A stretch of DNA of 53,094 nucleotides from Candidatus Yanofskybacteria bacterium RIFCSPLOWO2_01_FULL_49_17. Its GTDB lineage: Bacteria; Patescibacteriota; Minisyncoccia; 2-02-FULL-40-12; GWA2-44-9. This document shows, one piece after another, positions 47,019 to 53,094 of this stretch. The notes under the pieces are model-generated. The model did no database searches. It was not told where the DNA came from and saw only the letters and a list, made by a program, of their open reading frames with translations. The translations under genes and the position numbers were made by a program. The stretch spans positions 1 to 53,094 of the forward strand of contig MGKO01000004.1 of assembly GCA_001795695.1 (NCBI GenBank). The letters are read 5' to 3'. Numbering within the stretch: the first letter of the stretch is position 1; each line of letters begins with the position of its first letter.

Positions 47019-47561
47019 ATGAGTAAGATCGGAAAAAAACCAATTATTATCCCGGATAAAGTTGAGATAAACGTTAGCTCGGGTTCGGTTACGGTAAAGG
47101 GTCCAAAGGGAACATTGACCAAGAAGCTGCCGGCTAAAGTTTCGGTGGCTGTGAGCGATAAGGTGCTGAACATCAGGCCAGAAACGGTGGACCGCCAAGG
47201 CAAAATGGCCTGGGGCCTGGCCCGCGCTTTGGTCCAGAACATGATTCTCGGCGTTTCTGAAGGTTTTGAAAAAGTGCTGGAGTTCCAAGGTGTCGGTTAC
47301 AAAGCGACAGTCAAAGGAAACGACCTGGAGCTCGGGCTGGGCTATTCCCACCCGGTCACCGTTCACGGGCCGGAAGGGGTCACTTTCAAGACCGAGAAGA
47401 ACTCCATCTGCATCCAGGGCGCCGATAAAGAGCTTGTCGGAAAAGTAGCCGCCGAAATTCGCTCCCATCGCAAGCCGGAGCCATATAAAGGCAGCGGCAT
47501 TCGCTATGTGGGTGAGCATGTCCGACGTAAAGCTGGGAAGAAAGCGGCAACAGCGGCGTAA
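47019..47561 (+). CDS. rplF: Ribosomal protein L6
   Basis: SKIGKKPI.IP..V and V.VKGPKG.L. Confidence 0.95.
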   Translation: MSKIGKKPIIIPDKVEINVSSGSVTVKGPKGTLTKKLPAKVSVAVSDKVLNIRPETVDRQGKMAWGLARALVQNMILGVSEGFEKVLEFQGVGYKATVKGNDLELGLGYSHPVTVHGPEGVTFKTEKNSICIQGADKELVGKVAAEIRSHRKPEPYKGSGIRYVGEHVRRKAGKKAATAA

Positions 47562-47674
47562 TAATTAAAAATACAAAAATCAAAATGAAAAATGACAATT
47601 CAAAATTAAAAATGTTCAGCAATCCCATAATTTTGCATTTTGATATTTAAATTTTTAAATTTAAATTTATAATC
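47562..47674. repeat. AT-rich H7 hairpin ((AAAANNN)n arms)
   Basis: ..aaatcaaaatgaaaaatgacaattcaaaatt.. pairs with ..aattttgcattttgatatttaaattt... Ends at the ATG. Confidence 0.5.
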
Positions 47675-48037
47675 ATGGAAACAGGCAATAAACAACTGAA
47701 TAAAAAACGGCGCCACACTCGCATAAGAGCTAGAATATCTGGCACGGCCGAACGGCCCCGTGTCGCCGTCTTTCGAAGCAATCGTTTCATTTATGCCCAG
47801 GTGATCGATGACGCCGCAAAAAAGACCATTATCAGTTCTTCGGATATAAAATCCAAAAGGTCCAGAACGGCAAAGATCAAAAAGACCGAGAGCGCGACTT
47901 CGATAGGGAGGCAACTGGCGGCCTTAATGAAAGAAAAGGGAATAAGCGAAGCGGTCTTTGACCGCGGGGGATTCAAATACCACGGCCGGGTCAGATCATT
48001 GGCCGATGGTTTGCGCGAGGGCGGAATTAAAATCTAG
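47675..48037 (+). CDS. rplR: Ribosomal protein L18
   Basis: RRHTRIRARISGTAERPRVAVFRSNR.IYAQVIDD and DRGG..YHGRV. Confidence 0.95.
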   Translation: METGNKQLNKKRRHTRIRARISGTAERPRVAVFRSNRFIYAQVIDDAAKKTIISSSDIKSKRSRTAKIKKTESATSIGRQLAALMKEKGISEAVFDRGGFKYHGRVRSLADGLREGGIKI

Positions 48038-48073
48038 CCGCTAGTAATTAGCCATTAGCAACTAGAAAAAAAC

Positions 48074-48685
48074 ATGGAACCAGAAAAAATACAATCAGTT
48101 GAAGAGATAAAAACAGAAACGCCGGCGGCTGTTGTTCCGGCGTCTGAACAGCCGGCCAAGCAAGCTGATCAGCGCTTCGGCGGCCGGGGGCGCGGACGCG
48201 GCGGAGCGGGCGGACGCGGCGGACCCCGCCGTCGCATGCAGGGGGATCGGCCGAAATCTGAATTTGACCAACGGACGCTTGAGATCGGCCGCGTATCTCG
48301 CGTGACCAAAGGCGGCAAGCGTTTCAGCTTCCGCACCACTATCGTCATCGGCGACGGCAAAGGCAGGGTCGGCGTCGGTATGGCCAAGGGAAAAGATGTC
48401 CAGCAGTCAATTCAGAAAGCGACCAATCAGGCCAAGAAGCGCCTCATCACTGTCCCGATGATAAACGGCACCATTCCTCATCAGGTTGACGCAAAATACT
48501 CCAGCGCGGTAGTAGTGTTAAAGCCGGCCCGAGGCGGCGTTAAAGCTGGCGGTCCGGTCCGAGTGGTGGCCAAACTGGCCGGCATCCATGCTTTGACCGG
48601 CAAACTTATCAGGCGGACAAACAATAAAATAAACATTGCGATGGCCACAATTGAAGCGCTTAAAAAACTCAAAACAAGGAACTAG
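48074..48685 (+). CDS. rpsE: Ribosomal protein S5 (RGG-rich N-terminal extension)
   Basis: RVSRVTKGGKRFSFR..IVIGDGKGRVGVG.AK. Confidence 0.95.
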   Translation: MEPEKIQSVEEIKTETPAAVVPASEQPAKQADQRFGGRGRGRGGAGGRGGPRRRMQGDRPKSEFDQRTLEIGRVSRVTKGGKRFSFRTTIVIGDGKGRVGVGMAKGKDVQQSIQKATNQAKKRLITVPMINGTIPHQVDAKYSSAVVVLKPARGGVKAGGPVRVVAKLAGIHALTGKLIRRTNNKINIAMATIEALKKLKTRN

Positions 48686-48742
48686 GTGATAGGAAATAGG
48701 ATGATAGTCAGAAACTAGATTCCTATAACCTATAATCTAATT
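48686..48742. repeat. H7 hairpin (ATAGG / CCTAT family) where an L30 gene would normally sit
   Basis: ggtgataggaaataggatgatag .. ctagattcctataacctataatc. Confidence 0.6.
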
Positions 48743-49219
48743 ATGGAATTACATAATCTACAACCGAATACGCCCCGCAAGTACGGCAAGCGCGTCGGGC
48801 GCGGCGGCAAGCGCGGCACCACTTCCGGTAAAGGCACCAAGGGCCAGAAGTCGCGGGCCGGCGCCGGCGTCAAACCCGGTTTCCGCGGTGGCGACAACCG
48901 CTTGTGGCAGCTTTTCCCCAAGCAGAGGGGAGCTTCAAAGAAGCCCGGCTCTAACCGGCCGCACCGCAAACATCGCTTCTATCAGCTTCGCCACGACAAA
49001 TCCGCCGTTATAAATCTTGATGTCCTTAATCAGTTTGCCGAGGGCACCCTGGTCACCCCGGAACTATTGCTTGAAAAAGGCGTTATCATTAATACCGATA
49101 AAGGCGTGAAGATCTTGAGCGATGGAAACCTGAACCGCAAGCTGGAGTTCAAGGGCTTTGATTTCTCGGCTTCGGCCAAAGAGAAAATAATTGCTGCCGG
49201 AGGCAGCATCAGCAGCTAG
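48743..49219 (+). CDS. rplO: Ribosomal protein L15
   Basis: RVGRGGKRGTTSGKGTKGQKSR and GF.GG. Confidence 0.95.
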   Translation: MELHNLQPNTPRKYGKRVGRGGKRGTTSGKGTKGQKSRAGAGVKPGFRGGDNRLWQLFPKQRGASKKPGSNRPHRKHRFYQLRHDKSAVINLDVLNQFAEGTLVTPELLLEKGVIINTDKGVKILSDGNLNRKLEFKGFDFSASAKEKIIAAGGSISS

Positions 49220-49286
49220 CTTTTTAGCTGATTAGCTTATTAGGGTAACCTAAAAAGCTAGTAAGCTAGTAAGCTAATAAGCTAGA
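49220..49286. repeat. H7 hairpin, AGCTAAT family
   Basis: The 5' arm and loop are identical to 34311-34358. Ends ..taagctaga followed by TTG. Confidence 0.75.
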
Positions 49287-50549
49287 TTGAATAAATTCTT
49301 ACAAATATTCAAAAAGCCGGACCTGCGCAACAAGATATTATTCATCTTGGGCGTGCTCATCATCTATCGGTTGGCGGCTAACGTGCCTATTCCGTTCGTG
49401 GATGCCGCCCAGCTCCAGGCCTTCTTTGAAAATAACCGCTTCTATGGCTTGCTTTCGGCTTTGACCGGCGGCTCCATCTCCCAGTTGTCCATCGTCATGC
49501 TGGCGCTCGGGCCTTACATCTCGGCCTCTATCATCATGCAGCTTTTGACGATGATATTTCCGTCCTTGGAACAGATGTACAAATACGAGGGCGAAGCCGG
49601 CCGGGCGAAGTTCAACCAATACTCCCGTCTCCTGACCGTGCCCTTGGCCGCCCTGCAGGGATTCGGCTTCCTTGTCTCCCTCCAGCGGCAGAATGTCATC
49701 GGCTATCTGGACCCGTTCCAGTGGCTGACCGTTCTGGCCGTGGTGGTGGCCGGAAGCTTGTTCTTGATGTGGCTGGGCGAGCTTATTTCCGAAAAGAATG
49801 TCGGCAACGGCGTTTCAATCCTGATCTTGGCCGGTATCGTGGCCGGATTTCCGGTCCAGCTTCAGCAGGCCCTTTTCAAATATACGCCAGCCCTTTTCTT
49901 CAGCTACATGGCCTTCATCATCTTGGCCGTCGTGGTCATTGCCGGCGTGGTGTACATCTCCGAGGCCCAGCGCAATATTCCGGTCAATTACGCCCGGCGC
50001 ATCCGGGGCTCCAAGGTCTACGGCGGCGTGTCCACCTACTTGCCGATGCGCATCAACAACGCTGGCGTGATCCCCATCATCTTCGCTCTCTCATTATTGC
50101 TGTTCCCCAGCTTGATAGCCAATTTCTTTGCCGGCACCAAGATAGCCATCGTATCCAATGTCGCCACGTCCATCAGCAACTTCCTCCAGCCGACCGGCAT
50201 CTGGTACGCGGTGTTCTATTTCCTGCTGGTGTTCCTCTTCACCTACTTCTACACGGCCATCACTTTTGACCCCAAGTCCATTTCCGAGAACGTCCAAAAG
50301 AACGGGGGATACGTTCCCGGCATCCGGCCCGGCCCTTCCACCGCCCAGTTCCTGCATCATCTTTTGACCCGCATCACTCTGGTCGGGGCGGTATTTCTTG
50401 GTCTCATCGCTGTCCTGCCGAACATCGTCCAGGGCTTCACCTCCATCACCGACTTCGCCGTCGGCGGCACCAGCATCCTCATCGTTGTGTCGGTGGCATT
50501 GGAGGTCATGAAACAGCTGGATGCCCAGCTGTCCATGTACGAATATTAA
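49287..50549 (+). CDS. secY: Preprotein translocase subunit SecY (TTG start)
   Basis: 10-TM protein with LRNKILFILGVLIIYRL, LGPYISASII and GG.VPGIRPG. Confidence 0.95.
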   Translation: MNKFLQIFKKPDLRNKILFILGVLIIYRLAANVPIPFVDAAQLQAFFENNRFYGLLSALTGGSISQLSIVMLALGPYISASIIMQLLTMIFPSLEQMYKYEGEAGRAKFNQYSRLLTVPLAALQGFGFLVSLQRQNVIGYLDPFQWLTVLAVVVAGSLFLMWLGELISEKNVGNGVSILILAGIVAGFPVQLQQALFKYTPALFFSYMAFIILAVVVIAGVVYISEAQRNIPVNYARRIRGSKVYGGVSTYLPMRINNAGVIPIIFALSLLLFPSLIANFFAGTKIAIVSNVATSISNFLQPTGIWYAVFYFLLVFLFTYFYTAITFDPKSISENVQKNGGYVPGIRPGPSTAQFLHHLLTRITLVGAVFLGLIAVLPNIVQGFTSITDFAVGGTSILIVVSVALEVMKQLDAQLSMYEY

Positions 50550-50554
50550 TAAAA

Positions 50555-50578
50555 AGCGGGCCTCTGGCCCGCTTTTTT
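50555..50578 (+). terminator. Rho-independent terminator after secY
   Basis: AGCGGGCC-tct-GGCCCGCT followed by T5. Confidence 0.8.
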
Positions 50579-50607
50579 GTTTTCATTAAAAACGGTATTA
50601 TTCAAAT

Positions 50608-51264
50608 ATGGATACAGGTCGGAAGCAGGCAATCATACTGATGGGGCCGCCGGGGAGCGGCAAGGACACGCAAGCCGAGCTTTTGGCCCGCGAGTTAAAA
50701 TTGGAGGAAATAAAAACTTCTCATATCATAGAACAAAAATTCGCGGCCGCCGAACCGAATGATGCCGTTATGAACGAAGAGAAAAGAAAGTATAAGAGTG
50801 GGGAACTGTTGGACCAAAAATTAGTAGAGGAGTGGACATTGGAAGCCATTGCTTCAGCCGCGGCTGGCCGGGGCCTCATCGCCAATGGTTGGCCGCGCAG
50901 AGTTGAGGAGGCCCAGACCGAAGTGGAAGTGTTGGAAAAGTATTACGGCAAAAATATAAAAGTCGTTACCATCGCATTAAGCGAGGAAGAATCCGTCAAG
51001 CGCAATTCCAAGCGGCGGGTCTGTCGGGCCAACGGCCATCCTATTTTAGACCCAGATATTACCGTTTGTCCGGAGGACGGCAGCCCCCTGATTACCCGGG
51101 CTGACGATATCCCTGAAACCATCAGAAAACGTTATCAGGTCTATCTTTCCGAAACCGCGCTAATTATTGACTTTTTGACCCAAAAAGGGTATAATGTAAT
51201 TACCATAGATGGCGAGCAGTCCATAGAGGATGTGCATCGCGAGATACTGAATAAACTATGGTGA
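50608..51264 (+). CDS. adk: Adenylate kinase
   Basis: P-loop GPPGSGKDTQ. LID region with C..NGH...........CP.DG. Confidence 0.85.
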   Translation: MDTGRKQAIILMGPPGSGKDTQAELLARELKLEEIKTSHIIEQKFAAAEPNDAVMNEEKRKYKSGELLDQKLVEEWTLEAIASAAAGRGLIANGWPRRVEEAQTEVEVLEKYYGKNIKVVTIALSEEESVKRNSKRRVCRANGHPILDPDITVCPEDGSPLITRADDIPETIRKRYQVYLSETALIIDFLTQKGYNVITIDGEQSIEDVHREILNKLW

Positions 51265-51273
51265 TGCATTTAT

Positions 51274-51339
51274 CCCGTTAGAAATCCCGCCTGCGCCATG
51301 CGCAGTCCGCAGGACCTCGGGCGGGATATTTCTAATGGG
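51274..51339. repeat. T2-related short element (same termini, different core)
   Basis: CCCGTTAGAAATCCCGCC .. GGCGGGATATTTCTAATGGG followed by ATG. Confidence 0.7.
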
Positions 51340-52086
51340 ATGAAATTAAAGACACCCGAAGAAATTGAAATAATGGCCGAAGGGGGCCATATTCTTTCCG
51401 ATATCCTTGATCGGCTGGTTGTCGCGGCTAAGCCCGGAACGACCACCAAAGAACTTGACGATATTGCCCGCAAGCTTCTAAAAGAAGCCGGCGCGAAGTC
51501 CTGGTTCGTTGACCATGAAGGATTCCCAGCTTCTATTTGCACTTCAATCAACGAAGAGGTGGTCCACGGTGTTCCGTCCGATAGGATTTTAAGATCAGGT
51601 GATGTGCTTAAGATAGACTTCGGCGTCCGCTATAAAGGTTTTAACACGGATAGCGCCAGAACCGTCCTTGTCGGAGAGGCCAAAGACGCTAAGAAGTTGA
51701 AATTGATATCGGTCACTAAGCGCGCTCTTGATATCGGTATTGAACAGGCTCAAGTCGGTAATGCCCTTAAGGATATCGGACGAGAGATACAAAAATACGT
51801 AGAGTCGCAAGATTTTAACGTCGTTCGGGAATTAGTCGGACATGGGATCGGCAAAGACGTTCATGAACCGCCTCAAGTCCTGAACTATGTTTCTCCGGGT
51901 GAGGGAAAGGAAAAGTTGGAACCGGGATTGGTCATCGCCATAGAGCCGATGGTGGTCGCCGGTCATTGGAAGATAGAGGACGGAAAGGACGGCTTTTCAT
52001 TCGTGACTAAAGACGGGGGCCTGGCCGCTCAATTTGAACATACGGTTGCCATAACCAAAGACGGTCCGTTAATTCTGACAAAGTAA
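51340..52086 (+). CDS. map: Methionine aminopeptidase, type I
   Basis: Motifs VVHG.P, D.G....G...D...T, HGIG...HE, EPM. Confidence 0.9.
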   Translation: MKLKTPEEIEIMAEGGHILSDILDRLVVAAKPGTTTKELDDIARKLLKEAGAKSWFVDHEGFPASICTSINEEVVHGVPSDRILRSGDVLKIDFGVRYKGFNTDSARTVLVGEAKDAKKLKLISVTKRALDIGIEQAQVGNALKDIGREIQKYVESQDFNVVRELVGHGIGKDVHEPPQVLNYVSPGEGKEKLEPGLVIAIEPMVVAGHWKIEDGKDGFSFVTKDGGLAAQFEHTVAITKDGPLILTK

Positions 52087-53024
52087 TGACTGATTTAATA
52101 CACAAACTTATCGTTTTGCTCGTGCCCCACAAACACAATGGTTACCGGCCTCGCATCCTTGAGTCGGAATCATTCGCGGGCATGATTATCGTGCTTGTTT
52201 TTTTGAAGGTGCTTAGCATCATTTCTTACGATCAGAATCTGGGCGCGGATATTTTCAATCAGGTCACCCAGTCGGACCTTTACACTCTTACAAACAAGGC
52301 CCGTGCCGATAATGAGCTTCCGGCTCTGAAGATAAACCCGGAGTTGGAGAAGGCCGCTCAATTGAAACTTCAAGACATGGGCTCTTTCGGCTATTTCGGC
52401 CATGTCTCGCCCCAAGGCATCACGCCGTGGGCCTGGTTTGAAAAAGCGCGTTATGACTATCAGGCGGCCGGCGAGAATCTGGCCATGGATTTTAATTCCA
52501 GTTCCGATGTGATGCGGGCATGGCTTGCTTCGCCAGATCACCGACAAAATATCCTTTATCCGAACTTCACCGAGATCGGTATTGTCACCGGGACAGCCAT
52601 TATTGACGGCCGCTCTAGAACAGTTGTTGTTCAGGAATTCGGTCAACCGGTTGTAAAACCGACATCTTTACCAACTGTCAGCCCAACCCCAGTAGCCGCC
52701 GCCTTGCGAACCTTGCCGAGCCAAGCGATACATTTTGCAGGTGAGCCGGCCGGGCCAAAGCCGGCCGGGAAGACGGTCGTGGCCGGCGTCAGTCAGACCT
52801 CGCCCACCAACGAGATGACCTATCTGTCATGGTCAATGTTCCAACTTTTGATGACCCTGGCCGGTCTGGCGGCGCTGGCCCTGTTGGCCATCAACTTGTT
52901 CGCCAGGATGCATTTGCGGGCCCCGACCTTGTTGACCCGAGCTGTGATCTTGGCGCTCGTGGCTTTACTGGTGTTTGCGATGAAGGACCATCAATTTTTG
53001 ACGAGCAATATAATATTGCCATGA
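52086..53024 (+). CDS. CAP/SCP (PR-1-like) domain protein with N- and C-terminal TM segments
   Basis: Motifs L..A...A.DM....YF.H.SP.G, AGENLA, W..SP.H..N.L...F..IG. Confidence 0.65.
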   Translation: MTDLIHKLIVLLVPHKHNGYRPRILESESFAGMIIVLVFLKVLSIISYDQNLGADIFNQVTQSDLYTLTNKARADNELPALKINPELEKAAQLKLQDMGSFGYFGHVSPQGITPWAWFEKARYDYQAAGENLAMDFNSSSDVMRAWLASPDHRQNILYPNFTEIGIVTGTAIIDGRSRTVVVQEFGQPVVKPTSLPTVSPTPVAAALRTLPSQAIHFAGEPAGPKPAGKTVVAGVSQTSPTNEMTYLSWSMFQLLMTLAGLAALALLAINLFARMHLRAPTLLTRAVILALVALLVFAMKDHQFLTSNIILP

Positions 53025-53094
53025 ATCCCATAATGAACGAATCTCCGCTGATAATCCCAAGACCGCCCAGAAAATATCGTTCCATGATTATGGC

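Overview
This window looks like a small, streamlined bacterial genome of the Candidate Phyla Radiation / Patescibacteria type. The evidence is a divergent 16S 3' end followed by its own terminator rather than a 23S gene, no L30 between S5 and L15, split transketolase, class II RNR and an H+-PPase. It carries the str/S10/spc ribosomal-protein superoperon (rpsL to map, 33.9-52.1 kb), the ftsA-ftsZ division genes, nrdJ, comEC, hppA, rmuC, hisS, gap and rnhB. Four things stand out. (1) A complete diversity-generating retroelement lies at 16.8-19.8 kb. Its 126-nt TR/VR pair differs only at TR adenines (18 of 30 A changed, 0 of 96 non-A). It has an Avd-like gene and an RT with IGNLTSQ/YTDD, and the RT is split by a (GA)8 tract. 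(2) A ~3.1-kb serine-recombinase element sits exactly between tRNA-Ile(GAU) and tRNA-Ala(UGC). It has recognisable attL/attR, an internal inverted attP-like hybrid site and a GC-rich class 1A pyrD cargo gene. (3) Short perfect palindromes are inserted in frame in conserved genes. CCTGCCTGCCGGCAGGCAGG reads LPAGRQ on either strand and is found in rplC, pth, ybeY and tkt-C. CCGCCAGCTGGCGG is found in hisS, and one filled/empty site pair is visible in the window. (4) Nearly every intergenic spacer is filled by a palindromic element that ends at the next start codon. I distinguish three families: T1 is an anti-SD/SD hairpin with an internal sigma70-like promoter, T2 is a 105-nt TIR element present in three identical copies, and H7 is a set of heptamer-periodic hairpins. 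There are also MITE-like elements and two promoter-plus-terminator ncRNA candidates. All calls come from reading the sequence and the ORF track; no database searches were run.
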